DNA of 64,000 bases from Candidatus Micrarchaeia archaeon (GTDB lineage Archaea > Micrarchaeota > Micrarchaeia > CAILAH01), in NCBI GenBank assembly GCA_038874595.1, contig JAVZCB010000001.1:32001-96000 (forward strand), in the 5' to 3' direction. Positions 18,064-27,971 of the stretch are shown in pieces (position 1 is the stretch's first letter; the number at the start of each line of letters is the position of its first letter). A program made the position numbers and the translations under genes. Below the pieces are notes generated by a model. That model made no database searches and was not told the origin of the DNA. It saw only the letters and a list, made by a program, of their open reading frames with translations.

Positions 18064-19533
18064 CTATTCCTCTCCCATCATCTTCCTAAGTGCAGGGTAC
18101 ATCTCAAACATCTGTCTTGACTGCATCTCCTCATACGTTCTGTGCAGTATTCCTGCCGTAAGCAGGATACCGGTACCAGTTCCGAGTGCACCAGTCAGGT
18201 CCGCCATCCCAGCAAGTAACCCGACAAAGCCGCTACCAAGGATTGTAATTACAGGTATATACTTTGAGAGTATTCCCTCTATCATCCTTGGGTCTCTTCT
18301 AAACCCTGGTACTGACAGCCCAACATTCTTGAGCTGGCCGGCAACATCACGCGCTGTCATCCCGGATGTTTCAGTCCAGAGATACCCAAATATAATTGAC
18401 ATGATAACAAGCGCCACAACATACATAAGTGCATGTATGTACTCAGGAACAATGACTGCACCTATGAATGGCACCATCCACGTGTTACTGCTTGTAAGCA
18501 TCAGGTTTATGTAAACCGGGATACCTCCTGCAAGCGCAATCGGGTTTGGGAATGAAGGGCTGATAAGGTAAAACAACCCGCCCACAAGCCGGCCTGTGGG
18601 GTCATATACTGCAATGAAATCCGAGAAAGGCACACCGCCAATCTCAAACGTCAATCCTGCAAGCATGCGCCCAAGCAACTGTATCGCCGAGATGAACGCA
18701 AAAGCCAGGATGACTGGCATGTTTGAAGTATAGAGGAACTTGATAGGGAACCTGCCTCCATACCCACGTGCCCTCTCGAACGCGAGCGGCACCTCAACCT
18801 TAATGTTTTCAGCATATACTGAAACTGCAAGCACGAGCAGTGTTGCTATTATTGGCACGAGTGTCAATATTGCGGATGGGATGGCGTTTGCGCCACCTTC
18901 TGCAAGGTGATATATCACCGTATTTGATGCAGGGATGCCTCCATACCCAGTTAGTATTCCTATAAGCCCAGAGACTACTGAAAGTGATACTCCAGCAGCA
19001 ATGAACAGCCCAATACCGCTTCCGATACCGTATTTAGATACTACTTCATCAAAATACAATAGCAGTATCGAGCCAAGCGCCACTTGCAAAGCTACGATTA
19101 TGCGCGTCCCCGTATCACCAAATATAGGGTCAATTGTCATAAGGTTTGTATATATGTATGCCTCAAAGAGCGCAAGTATGATTGCCAGGAGCTTTTGAGT
19201 ACCTTGAAACAGCGCCTTGTTTTTTGGTACGGATAGGTCAAGATTGATTATCTTTGCGCCTACGAATAGCTGCAGGAATATTGATGCAAGCACGATAGGC
19301 CCAATACCTGTTGTTAAGAGCGAACCCATCTTTGATGCCAGCACCATCTGCAGGAACTCTGTCTGCGTATCCTTGCTTGCCACAACACCTACCGGGTAAA
19401 TGTGGTACATAACAAAGAAAAGCACAAGCACAGCTGCCGTAAAAAACAGCCTTTCATTAAGCGTTGGCTGGATTAGCGGTGCCTTAACCTCCGGCAGGCG
19501 CTCAATTATAGGGCGTAGCTGTTCAAGACCCAT
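18064..19533 (-). CDS. secY: preprotein translocase SecY
   Basis: GIGPIV.ASI, DEVVSKYGIGSG, YTSNMPVI, PGFRRD, GTGILL. Confidence 0.98.
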   Translation of the reverse strand: MGLEQLRPIIERLPEVKAPLIQPTLNERLFFTAAVLVLFFVMYHIYPVGVVASKDTQTEFLQMVLASKMGSLLTTGIGPIVLASIFLQLFVGAKIINLDLSVPKNKALFQGTQKLLAIILALFEAYIYTNLMTIDPIFGDTGTRIIVALQVALGSILLLYFDEVVSKYGIGSGIGLFIAAGVSLSVVSGLIGILTGYGGIPASNTVIYHLAEGGANAIPSAILTLVPIIATLLVLAVSVYAENIKVEVPLAFERARGYGGRFPIKFLYTSNMPVILAFAFISAIQLLGRMLAGLTFEIGGVPFSDFIAVYDPTGRLVGGLFYLISPSFPNPIALAGGIPVYINLMLTSSNTWMVPFIGAVIVPEYIHALMYVVALVIMSIIFGYLWTETSGMTARDVAGQLKNVGLSVPGFRRDPRMIEGILSKYIPVITILGSGFVGLLAGMADLTGALGTGTGILLTAGILHRTYEEMQSRQMFEMYPALRKMMGEE

Positions 19534-19957
19534 TCTTTTCTACCTCAAACTGTTTTGTCTCGCCACCCGCCTGCTCTATCTTGTCAACAGCGGATTTTGA
19601 GAAAGCTCTCGCCTCAACGACAGCGGGGTACAAAAGCCGGCCTGCACCCAGAACTTTGCCGTCGAATTTGAAATAGTACACATTATCTTTCTTGCCAACT
19701 TTGCCTCCCTCAATAAGCCGTGATATCTCAGTTAGGTTAATTACATCTAATCTGGCCCTGGCCTTGTTCACAAAACCAGACCTTCCTATCGAATCCCTTT
19801 CAAACTTGAGTGTGTATGTCTTCTTATGCTTCCAGGCACCACCGCGGCCAACACCTCCGCGAGTTCCTGAACCCCTGCCTTTTTTCTTGTTGCCTCTTCC
19901 GTTGTGCCTACTCGCAAGGAATTTTGTCTTTTTCATCTTCTTATGAGTCCTTACCAT
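19523..19957 (-). CDS. rpl15: 50S ribosomal protein L15
   Basis: RGSGTRGG.GRGG, KVLG.G, FSKSAVDKIEQAGG. Confidence 0.96.
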   Translation of the reverse strand: MVRTHKKMKKTKFLASRHNGRGNKKKGRGSGTRGGVGRGGAWKHKKTYTLKFERDSIGRSGFVNKARARLDVINLTEISRLIEGGKVGKKDNVYYFKFDGKVLGAGRLLYPAVVEARAFSKSAVDKIEQAGGETKQFEVEKNGS

Positions 19958-20415
19958 TACATCATCCTCCTCAGCAAGTCATTTATTTTCTCACCGCGGT
20001 AGCCAAGCGCACCTCGCGGGTATGGGAGCTTTGTAATCTTATATCCTCCACGTGGCGGGCTAAGGCGCAGCACCTTTTTAAGACCGGCATCTTTTAGCTT
20101 TACCTTCCCGGAAAGTATCGCTTCGGCAAGCTTATCAAACCCATCATACCCTTTTGACTTGAGGTATTCAAGGGTTAGCCTCTTGTTGCCAGGGAGCCGC
20201 CCGCGTTTCTCAAGCATCTTTGCAAGCACATCGCTTGACAGCTCGCCCCACGTCACGTAATCCTTACACACATTAAGCGTACCGCGAATTTGCGGCGTTT
20301 CATTAAGTATCACACAATGGTTTATGCGTGTCAGCGAGAGCACTTCCAACGCACCCTTAATTTCAGGGCGTATGCCTGTCCTTCCGCGGACACGAACTAC
20401 TGCTAAGTATGGCAT
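19957..20415 (-). CDS. rpl30: 50S ribosomal protein L30
   Basis: AVVRVRG, DYVTWGE, RLSPPRGG, LGYRG.KIN.LL.RM. Confidence 0.97.
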   Translation of the reverse strand: MPYLAVVRVRGRTGIRPEIKGALEVLSLTRINHCVILNETPQIRGTLNVCKDYVTWGELSSDVLAKMLEKRGRLPGNKRLTLEYLKSKGYDGFDKLAEAILSGKVKLKDAGLKKVLRLSPPRGGYKITKLPYPRGALGYRGEKINDLLRRMM

Positions 20416-20420
20416 CTAAA

Positions 20421-21149
20421 TCACTCCTCCGACCAGTCCCTACCGGACTGCATATTATAAAGTTCCCTAAGCGCATTGTATACTGCAACAGCAGTGTTAT
20501 ATTTTGTAGATGTATGCCCTTTTGCGGTTGACCATACATCACTTAGGCCCGCTTTTGCAAGCACTTTCCTGACTATTGAGTTCCCAACTATACCAACACC
20601 GCGCGGTGCCGGCCTTAGTGTTACTCGTACACTGCCGCACTTTCCAGTAACCTCCACAGGTATGCTGTGTTTTGTACCGCAGCCACATTCCCATGACCCA
20701 CAGCCAAACGGAATGCTTATAATATTCCTTTTAGCCGTCTTAACCGCATTTTCAATTGCAGGCCGTGCCTCATCAGATTTCCCGGAGCCAATACCCACGT
20801 GCCCGTGGCCATCACCTACAACAACAACAGCACGGAACTTCATCTTTCTGCCAGAATCTGTAGTTCTTTGTGTAGTACCAAGTTTGATAAGCTCATCGTG
20901 CAGCTCTGGAAGCAGCTTATCCACAATCTCAGGCTCAAGGATTTTCTCACCGTTAAGCAGGATTTCATCAATGTTTGTTATCTGGCCGTTTGCAACCTTC
21001 CTGCCAAGCTCTGTTTTTGGTGCCCAAACGGACAACATATCCCGTGCACTTGGCTCGTCCCTATTCTTGGACTTCCCATCCCTACCGCTTCCTTGGCGCT
21101 TAAACCTTCTCTGGTTTCTTGGATTTCCAGTATTAGTGTTTTCGGACAT
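20421..21149 (-). CDS. rps5: 30S ribosomal protein S5
   Basis: W.PKTELG, GCGSWEC.C, PAPRGVG. Confidence 0.98.
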   Translation of the reverse strand: MSENTNTGNPRNQRRFKRQGSGRDGKSKNRDEPSARDMLSVWAPKTELGRKVANGQITNIDEILLNGEKILEPEIVDKLLPELHDELIKLGTTQRTTDSGRKMKFRAVVVVGDGHGHVGIGSGKSDEARPAIENAVKTAKRNIISIPFGCGSWECGCGTKHSIPVEVTGKCGSVRVTLRPAPRGVGIVGNSIVRKVLAKAGLSDVWSTAKGHTSTKYNTAVAVYNALRELYNMQSGRDWSEE

Positions 21150-21157
21150 AATACCAC

Positions 21158-21730
21158 CTACAATTTGCTTTTCAGCGAATCAATAAGCTTTGGTAGCTCC
21201 TCTGGCGCAACACCTTTCTTCAGGTATTGTGAGAACCTTTTCTTGTATTCTTCAGGTGAAGACCCTTTCAGCAAACGTGCATATTCCGCAATATGCTTGC
21301 CCATAAACCTATCATTATCAAATACAGACTCATCATGCGGTACATCCAGCCCAGCATCTAGTGCGCCTTTTAGCACAGCAAACGCAAAAGAGGCCTTTGC
21401 AGGGGTTTTTCTGCCCATATCAAGTACGGCCTTTTTAACGCCTTTTTTCAATGCATCCTTAGCTGCCTTATAGCCGATGAGGTATGCCGCGGGCAAGCTT
21501 TTTGCAAGAGGCATCCCTACCTTCTGCAAATCGCTTGAGGTTGCCATTGAGACTATTTTATCGCCATTTGCACCAAACGAAACGACTTGTGCAATTATGC
21601 GTTTTGAAGTCTTGCGTGCAACCAGCCTGTCACCAAACTTCAGAAGTGCAAGACGCTTCTTGTAATCAGTCTTACCAATGCGTCTCCTTCTAAAAGGTAC
21701 TTTATAAGTGCTTCTTGTTGCCTTTGCCAT
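21158..21730 (-). CDS. rpl18: 50S ribosomal protein L18
   Basis: FRRRRIGKTDY.KRL, PAAYL.G. Confidence 0.97.
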   Translation of the reverse strand: MAKATRSTYKVPFRRRRIGKTDYKKRLALLKFGDRLVARKTSKRIIAQVVSFGANGDKIVSMATSSDLQKVGMPLAKSLPAAYLIGYKAAKDALKKGVKKAVLDMGRKTPAKASFAFAVLKGALDAGLDVPHDESVFDNDRFMGKHIAEYARLLKGSSPEEYKKRFSQYLKKGVAPEELPKLIDSLKSKL

Positions 21731-21734
21731 ATGA

Positions 21735-22166
21735 TCACTTCATAAGGTTGTTGTCTTTTATATAGTGCGAGAGCTGTGCCCTCGACTTGAACATGCCACC
21801 CTTAATTTTAAGGTATATGCTGCGATACGCGCCGGGTTTGAGTGCGGGCTTGAGCTGCCTTAACATTTCCCTTTGAGCGCGCGTATGCAGTGTCCATATT
21901 TTCTTTTGCAGGGATTTCTTATGCCCTTTCCTGCTACCCTCCTTTTTTCTTCCTTTCCTGCGCAGCTCATCATTCATCCTGCCGCGAGCTCTTGATGTTC
22001 CCCTGGCGGGTCTAGCACTTATTACGCCCTGCATTATGAGCGCACGCACATCATCCCTTGTAAGTGCAGAAGCTGCATCGGATATCCTTTCGGGGTTAAT
22101 CCAGATTGCTGATTCACCTCGCTTTAATATTCCAGCAGCCATTCTCCTAACAGTTCTTATGCTCAT
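21735..22166 (-). CDS. rpl19e: 50S ribosomal protein L19e
   Basis: RRMAA.IL, IWINP, TRDDVR.LI, KIKGGMF. Confidence 0.96.
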   Translation of the reverse strand: MSIRTVRRMAAGILKRGESAIWINPERISDAASALTRDDVRALIMQGVISARPARGTSRARGRMNDELRRKGRKKEGSRKGHKKSLQKKIWTLHTRAQREMLRQLKPALKPGAYRSIYLKIKGGMFKSRAQLSHYIKDNNLMK

Positions 22167-22180
22167 ACAAACACCATTTT

Positions 22181-22552
22181 CTAATTAAGCACTTTAAGCT
22201 TGAGCTCTTCAGCTTTCTTTGTGATTATCTCACGCTTTTTCTTGCCAACACACGCAGAAATGCGGATTGCAACACTGTCATTTTGGCTTATCTTGCTAAG
22301 GTCCGCCGGTGAGCGTACGAGAATTTCCCTATACCCTGATGGGTGCACACCCCTTATTTTACGTGTGTTCTTGAAACCTACGTTTGGTAATGCACCAGCA
22401 GGCATGCGGTGTGACCTCTGCTTATTATCAATACCGCGTGGCTTTCTCCACTTATCTTCAAGCCTGCTCCTCTTGGTCCTGCCAACATTAGGCCTCTTGA
22501 AGCGTGGGTGCCATTTTTTCATTGAACGCAGCTTTTTTGGCTTGATTATCAT
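22181..22552 (-). CDS. rpl32e: 50S ribosomal protein L32e
   Basis: WRKPRGIDNK, RGVHPSG. Confidence 0.97.
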   Translation of the reverse strand: MIIKPKKLRSMKKWHPRFKRPNVGRTKRSRLEDKWRKPRGIDNKQRSHRMPAGALPNVGFKNTRKIRGVHPSGYREILVRSPADLSKISQNDSVAIRISACVGKKKREIITKKAEELKLKVLN

Positions 22553-23046
22553 TTCCTCACCTTGTAAATCCCATCCTGGAATATCCTGTCATCCCAAGTC
22601 TTAACCTTAGTTGCCTGGCGCAGGTTTGCAGCGGTCTGGCCAACAGCATAAATATCTGGGCCTTCAATCTCAATATCCTGGCCCTTCACAGTAACCTTTG
22701 TTTTCCCTTCAATCTTTGCAAGGCGGTCCGTCTTCTCACCAAGGAAGTTCTTTATGTGAACCATATCACCCTTTACCTCAATCTTCATCGGGAAGTGCGC
22801 AAAAACCGCTCTCATAACCTGCTTATGGCCAGTAGTGACACCTACAAACGCATTACGGATGTGGGCACTATATGTGTTGGCAAGCACGTTAGCGCCGGTC
22901 ACAGTAATCTTCTCACCATCAATCTTTACACTAATTTTCTTTGAAGGGAAGCTTACAGCCACTTCTCCCTTTGGGCCTTTTACTATGATATGACCTGCAT
23001 CGGCAGACGCAGAAACCCCTTTTGGTATTTCTATGACTTCATCCAT
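22549..23046 (-). CDS. rpl6: 50S ribosomal protein L6
   Basis: VKGPKGE, AHFPM, NFLGEK, DRIFQDGIY. Confidence 0.97.
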   Translation of the reverse strand: MDEVIEIPKGVSASADAGHIIVKGPKGEVAVSFPSKKISVKIDGEKITVTGANVLANTYSAHIRNAFVGVTTGHKQVMRAVFAHFPMKIEVKGDMVHIKNFLGEKTDRLAKIEGKTKVTVKGQDIEIEGPDIYAVGQTAANLRQATKVKTWDDRIFQDGIYKVRK

Positions 23047-23057
23047 CAGCATCACCC

Positions 23058-23444
23058 TTAGTATACGAACGCTATAAGCCTGCCACCCAGGTTTTTTGCC
23101 CGTGCCTCCCTGTTTGTCATTAGCCCCTGTGAGGTTGATACAACCAATATACCAAAGTCTTTGGATAACACATATCTTTCTTCCCACTTCACCCATTCAT
23201 CTGCCTGAACTGCAAACCTTGGCTTTATGACACCACAGTTGTTTATAGGCCCTATCCCATTCACAATTAACTCATTACCGCGGCCGTCTTTTTTCTCTTC
23301 GTATGATGCGATATAACCATGACGCTTGAGTATTTCAAGCACACCTATAAGCAGCTTAGAAGAGGGCCTTATTACACAGCTGCGCAGTCCGATATGCTTG
23401 TGTGTTTTTATTACGTTGAGACCTTGAGCTAATACATCCATCAT
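23058..23444 (-). CDS. rps8: 30S ribosomal protein S8
   Basis: INNCGVIKPRF, STSQGLM, GGRLIAFVY. Confidence 0.97.
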   Translation of the reverse strand: MMDVLAQGLNVIKTHKHIGLRSCVIRPSSKLLIGVLEILKRHGYIASYEEKKDGRGNELIVNGIGPINNCGVIKPRFAVQADEWVKWEERYVLSKDFGILVVSTSQGLMTNREARAKNLGGRLIAFVY

Positions 23445-23450
23445 AACACC

Positions 23451-23618
23451 TCAATATTTCCGGAAGCCCATCTGCTCCCCGTAATCGCGCAGGCATCTCC
23501 TGCACACATTAAGATTATACTTGCGGATAAGCCCGCGGGCAGTACCGCAGAATCTGCACTTCCTGTTTCCCTTACCCTTAAACTTCGACAAATATCTCTT
23601 TTCTTCCTTATCATTCAT
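23451..23618 (-). CDS. rps14: 30S ribosomal protein S14 (Zn-binding)
   Basis: CRFCG...GLIRKY.L.VCRRC.R. Confidence 0.96.
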   Translation of the reverse strand: MNDKEEKRYLSKFKGKGNRKCRFCGTARGLIRKYNLNVCRRCLRDYGEQMGFRKY

Positions 23619-23628
23619 CCAATCACCA

Positions 23629-24153
23629 TCACTCTGTTTCAGCACCGGAGAGTACTTTCACACCGAATGCCTTTGAGACAAACTCCTGCGCTTCTGAATC
23701 TTGGATAATATGCTTCTTACCGATTGCAGCAGCACTTATCTTTCTATTGGCTACGCGGTAGCCGGGCCTTTTAAGTGATACACATACATCAAACCCCAGC
23801 ATCCCGATTTTTGGGTCATATTTTACACCTGGGAAATCGATATACTCTTTGACACCGAATGCAAAATTGCCCCTGCCGTCAAAAGATGAAGCGCGTATTT
23901 TCCTGCCAACCGCTTCAAACGCCTTTTTCAGGAATGTTTCAGCATCAGTGCCGCGTAGCGTAACTTTCGTTCCGATAGGCAGGCCTTTCCTCAGCCCCCA
24001 CGTGGGATTTCTTGTACGCGAGGTAGTGCGCACGGCTTTTCTTCCCGTGAGCCTCTCTATCAGTGCAACTGCATTGTCAAGAGGCTCCCCTGCCTTGCCT
24101 ACACCGATATTCACAACAATTTTATCTATACGGATATCCTTCATTGAAGCCAT
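23629..24153 (-). CDS. rpl5: 50S ribosomal protein L5
   Basis: KIVVNIGVG, KVTLRG, GNFAFGV.EYID. Confidence 0.97.
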   Translation of the reverse strand: MASMKDIRIDKIVVNIGVGKAGEPLDNAVALIERLTGRKAVRTTSRTRNPTWGLRKGLPIGTKVTLRGTDAETFLKKAFEAVGRKIRASSFDGRGNFAFGVKEYIDFPGVKYDPKIGMLGFDVCVSLKRPGYRVANRKISAAAIGKKHIIQDSEAQEFVSKAFGVKVLSGAETE

Positions 24154-24166
24154 AATCATAACCCCC

Positions 24167-24850
24167 TTATCCAATCGCGTACAGGTAGTGCAGTACTGTC
24201 ATTATATCCTCCCCACTATCTGTTTTCACAAATGCCTTTGCACGTGCCTCAACGGAACCAGGTGTAATACTCTGCAATGTGCAGTGTACACCAGCGTTTT
24301 TTCCTGCAAGTATTATGCACTTGCTTCCTTCCTTAAGAGGTATGTGCCCAAGTATTTTATTGTCTGGGATTGACACCTTGAGCGAGTCGCCCACATTGTA
24401 CTTATTGTCACTTATGATTGTCCGCCCATCACTCAATGCAAGCTGTGTTCTACCGCCTTTAATTGTGCGCTTGCCAGTTATCTTTAGCAGCTTATAATTG
24501 CGGTCTTCCCTCTTAGGTACAAGCCTACCGTGTGAATCAAGGTCCATATAATAAGTGGTGTTGTTGTCAGAGAGCTGGATTACATCCATAAATCCTATCG
24601 GGAATTTTGGGTTCTTGACAACACGCCCGTCAACCTTTATCCTACCCTCTTTGCACAGTTTGATTGCTTCTTTTGCGCGTGTTGCAATGCCCAATACCTC
24701 GCGCAACAGCACTGCAAGCGCAATACTATCACTAGCTTTGTGGGGCCCAACACCGGGCTTGATAAGCCAGACATTCTTTTTCTTGGCGATAGCTATACGC
24801 GCAGTTGCATTCAAACGCTTAAGGCTTTTAGTGTTTCCATGTTTTGCCAT
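24167..24850 (-). CDS. rps4e: 30S ribosomal protein S4e
   Basis: LKRL.A, PG.GPH, VDGRV, GFMDVI, DGRTI. Confidence 0.97.
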   Translation of the reverse strand: MAKHGNTKSLKRLNATARIAIAKKKNVWLIKPGVGPHKASDSIALAVLLREVLGIATRAKEAIKLCKEGRIKVDGRVVKNPKFPIGFMDVIQLSDNNTTYYMDLDSHGRLVPKREDRNYKLLKITGKRTIKGGRTQLALSDGRTIISDNKYNVGDSLKVSIPDNKILGHIPLKEGSKCIILAGKNAGVHCTLQSITPGSVEARAKAFVKTDSGEDIMTVLHYLYAIG

Positions 24851-24861
24851 CGTTTACACCT

Positions 24862-25209
24862 TTATTTTGTTGATGCTTTAGGTGCTTCCACCTCAAGCTT
24901 TGTTATCATAAGGTTTGAAGGGTCAACTAAAAGCGGCTTTTCCTTCCCATCCATTTTTTTTGCCATCAACCCTTCAATGGCGACTTTCCTATTTTTCAGA
25001 TAAACCGAAGTCACCTTGCCTTCCCTGCCTTTCATCTCACCACGCATCACTTTCACCACGTATCCTTTCTTGACACGGAGCGAGCGCTTCCCAACAGTCT
25101 TGCGCAGCTCTTTTGATACATGTGCAGAGACCATATCCTGCTTTTTATGCAGTGGTGAAACAACCAAGTATTTTCTCTGTTTTTTGCACTTGCTTGCACG
25201 AATAACCAT
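24862..25209 (-). CDS. rpl24: 50S ribosomal protein L24
   Basis: KQRK, SKELR, VKVMRG, DPSNLMI. Confidence 0.96.
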   Translation of the reverse strand: MVIRASKCKKQRKYLVVSPLHKKQDMVSAHVSKELRKTVGKRSLRVKKGYVVKVMRGEMKGREGKVTSVYLKNRKVAIEGLMAKKMDGKEKPLLVDPSNLMITKLEVEAPKASTK

Positions 25210-25608
25210 CTAAATCACCGCTGCAGCAATCGCCGCCACCTTCGGGTACCTTTCAGCAACCTCTCTTGCAATCGCACCTTTAATTTCGCTACCTTTTGGA
25301 AGGCCACCTTCATCAATCAGGACAGCAGCATTATCCTCAAATGCGATGTGCACGCCGTTTGCGCGCCGGAACTCCTTCTTCTGTCGTATTATGGTGGCGC
25401 GCTCAATTTTCTTTCTCATCTTAGGATTGCCTTTCTTAACGGATACAATTACCACATCACATATCCCAGCAGCAGGGTATGTCGACTTGGAAGCCCTGTA
25501 TCTAATAACACCAATTATCTGCAGGATTTTTGCACCGCTGTTATCATCACATACCAATTGTGCGCCAAGCGGTAGCGCCCTTGTGATCGAGCTTGTTAAT
25601 CCTCTCAT
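25210..25608 (-). CDS. rpl14: 50S ribosomal protein L14
   Basis: CDDNSGAK, FEDNAAV, KGAIAREVAER. Confidence 0.98.
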   Translation of the reverse strand: MRGLTSSITRALPLGAQLVCDDNSGAKILQIIGVIRYRASKSTYPAAGICDVVIVSVKKGNPKMRKKIERATIIRQKKEFRRANGVHIAFEDNAAVLIDEGGLPKGSEIKGAIAREVAERYPKVAAIAAAVI

Positions 25609-25638
25609 CAAAACCAACCTCCATCTTTATTCATACAC

Positions 25639-25929
25639 CTACTGGCCAACCTTTTCTATAACCACCCAGTGCTTTGTCTTGCTTAACCGCCTGCATTGTT
25701 TTAGCCGCACAATATCACCAGGTTCAACATTCATACACTCAGGCAGGTGTGCGTGCAGCTTTGAGCGCTTTTTTGCATACCTTTCATACTTAGGAATGAA
25801 AGTTGTATACTCTCTCTCAACAACGACAGTTCTCCTAGCCTTATTGCTCACCACGGTACCTGTAATTTCAAGACCGTATGTGCTGAGACTGCCGTGAACA
25901 GGACATCTTTCATCGTTGCATTCAGCCAT
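25639..25929 (-). CDS. rps17: 30S ribosomal protein S17
   Basis: C.D..CP.HG, PKYERY, CR.LSKTK. Confidence 0.97.
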   Translation of the reverse strand: MAECNDERCPVHGSLSTYGLEITGTVVSNKARRTVVVEREYTTFIPKYERYAKKRSKLHAHLPECMNVEPGDIVRLKQCRRLSKTKHWVVIEKVGQ

Positions 25930-25964
25930 TATTATACACCTTCTTTTTAACATAACCACAAATA

Positions 25965-26051
25965 GAGAGGGTCATTATAGCCATCCTCAGCAAGCCCTTG
26001 ATATTAAACTCAAGCAGCGCCCGAATAGCTTCTATTGGGTTAACCCATCTC
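25965..26051 (-). promoter_or_regulatory. candidate structured 5' leader of the S17-L14-SecY operon
   Basis: Outer stem GAGA-U-GGGUUA/UGACCC-UCUC enclosing hairpins CCCAAUAG/CUAUUCGGG and CUUGA/UCAAG; TATA-like boxes at 26061-26085. Confidence 0.55.
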
Positions 26052-26117
26052 AGGTATCTATTTTAAAAAGGTTAGTTTTTTAAAGGTTTATTTATAGTAT
26101 GCGACGAGGGGGCCTAA

Positions 26118-26783
26118 ATGCAGGAGATGCACATCTTTTTTGATATTGACAATACGCTTTTTCCAACAAGCCATTTCCTTAGGATGGCAGACCAGAACGC
26201 AGTGAATGCCATGATATCAAAGGGCCTGGATTGCAGTTTTGCCAAGGGGATACGCGAGCTGCGCCAAATAATAATGGAGAAAGGGTCAAATTACCCAAAT
26301 CATTTTGATTTGCTTGTTGAGCGCGTCAACGGAAAAAAGGAAATTAAGATTGTTGCAGCAGGTGTTATGGCGTACCATAATACAAAGAATGCAATGTCCC
26401 CTTATCCAGAAGTCCCACGGGTGCTTATGGCACTGCACGATGCAGGCCACCACCTGCATATAGCATCAGAAGGTATCGAGATAAAGCAGTGGGATAAGCT
26501 GCTTCGCCTTGGCATAGATATTTACTTTGAGGATGTTTACGTAACAAATGCAAAAGATGTGCAGTTCTACAAGCGCATAATCAGGCAGTGCAATCTTGAC
26601 CCTTCACATTGTGTTATGATAGGGGACAGGCCAAGCAAGGATACGGAGCCTGCAATGTGCGCAGGCATGTATGGGATTCGTATCAAACGAGGTAAATATT
26701 CCAATGAGGCCGGCAAGTGCCACAAGGAAATAAGAACGCTAACTCCGCTGCCAAAAATCATAAGTGGGCTCTTGAACCAATAG
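26118..26783 (+). CDS. HAD-superfamily hydrolase (subfamily IA, archaeal CTE7-like)
   Basis: FDIDNTL, KQWDKL.RLG, MIGDR..KD. Confidence 0.92.
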   Translation: MQEMHIFFDIDNTLFPTSHFLRMADQNAVNAMISKGLDCSFAKGIRELRQIIMEKGSNYPNHFDLLVERVNGKKEIKIVAAGVMAYHNTKNAMSPYPEVPRVLMALHDAGHHLHIASEGIEIKQWDKLLRLGIDIYFEDVYVTNAKDVQFYKRIIRQCNLDPSHCVMIGDRPSKDTEPAMCAGMYGIRIKRGKYSNEAGKCHKEIRTLTPLPKIISGLLNQ

Positions 26784-26804
26784 TTACCGGTTTTGTATTT
26801 GCAA

Positions 26805-27719
26805 TTACTTCTGCCCCTTTTTGCCAGTTAGCATGTAATAAATAGGTGAAGTTGATGGTATTGAGATTGATTTTAAAGCCTGGTTTTTTGTAGTTGCGTT
26901 CCAGTCAAGAATCACGCCGGAGGCGTTTTCAAGCACGAATTCATATCTGAAAACCGACACTGCAGCTTTTGATGAGCACGGTGTTGGGCCAGCAGTGTAT
27001 ACCCATACATGTAATATATCCCCACCCGGCAGGTATGAGTTTGCACCTACGCGGTGCTTGTATTCGTAACCGCACGCATCTTCAGAGATAAGCTTGCACA
27101 TCGCAATGTAATCGTAGTTATCGAGCTTATACCCGTACCCGGCAAGTGCATACTTCCCATCACTCGTCTCAATATAACTGGCATTCCGTTCATGAGTGGG
27201 CAGTTTCTCACATCCGAACACGCTTAGCTCAGTATAGGTCTTTTCCTCAGCCAAGCATACGCGTGAGTTACGCGATTTTGTGTTGTAATCAAGACACGAG
27301 AATGCATAACTCTTGTTAAGTATGGGGAGTATTAGATGATTTGCCTCTGTGCGGTGTACGGAGTATAGATACGCCTCATACTCTTCAGCGGGCACACTCC
27401 CACTGAATTTTGGTATCGGGTCATCAAAATAGATGTATACCCCACTTTCGTTTACGATCTCGTGTACGCTAAAGTTTTTTCCAGTGTATTCGTTCCGGAT
27501 TGTAATCCTGCTGCTTACATTTAGCTTTTCGGTTTCAGTGGGCGCCTCTTTATTCTTTTGTAAAGTAGTATCAACAAATTGCCCACCATCAGTTAGCAAG
27601 CCCCCTGTAGTATTATAAGTGGTGTTTTGAGCGTTATTGATCGGCAATTCTTGTACGCATCCTATAAGGGAGATGCACACAATCAGCGCAATAAAAATAA
27701 GGCAAAAGTACCTTCTCAT
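26805..27719 (-). CDS. lipoprotein, possibly S-layer-related
   Basis: Lipobox SLIG|C; several N-x-S/T sequons; Cys-rich beta-type C-terminal region. Confidence 0.7.
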   Translation of the reverse strand: MRRYFCLIFIALIVCISLIGCVQELPINNAQNTTYNTTGGLLTDGGQFVDTTLQKNKEAPTETEKLNVSSRITIRNEYTGKNFSVHEIVNESGVYIYFDDPIPKFSGSVPAEEYEAYLYSVHRTEANHLILPILNKSYAFSCLDYNTKSRNSRVCLAEEKTYTELSVFGCEKLPTHERNASYIETSDGKYALAGYGYKLDNYDYIAMCKLISEDACGYEYKHRVGANSYLPGGDILHVWVYTAGPTPCSSKAAVSVFRYEFVLENASGVILDWNATTKNQALKSISIPSTSPIYYMLTGKKGQK

Positions 27720-27722
27720 TGT

Positions 27723-27923
27723 TTATGACCTTGCAAGCTTTACATCATCTTCAACAACAGTTTTCCTGCCAGCGTGCCGCGCTAGCTTGATTGCCTTTGT
27801 TGCAATCTTGATTGCTTCCTCCTCAAGCACATCTATCATTGCATCAATAGCACCATCGCTTACCCGCTCTGCACCTGCACGTTTCATAAGCCTCTCAATG
27901 GGGGCTCTTGGAATATCCGCCAT
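27723..27923 (-). CDS. archaeal histone (HMf family)
   Basis: IPRAPIERLMK.AGAERVS...A.HAGRKTV..DD. Confidence 0.98.
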   Translation of the reverse strand: MADIPRAPIERLMKRAGAERVSDGAIDAMIDVLEEEAIKIATKAIKLARHAGRKTVVEDDVKLARS

Positions 27924-27971
27924 CCAACCACCTTTAAGGTTTAATAATGTGATAAAACCTTATATAGGTTG

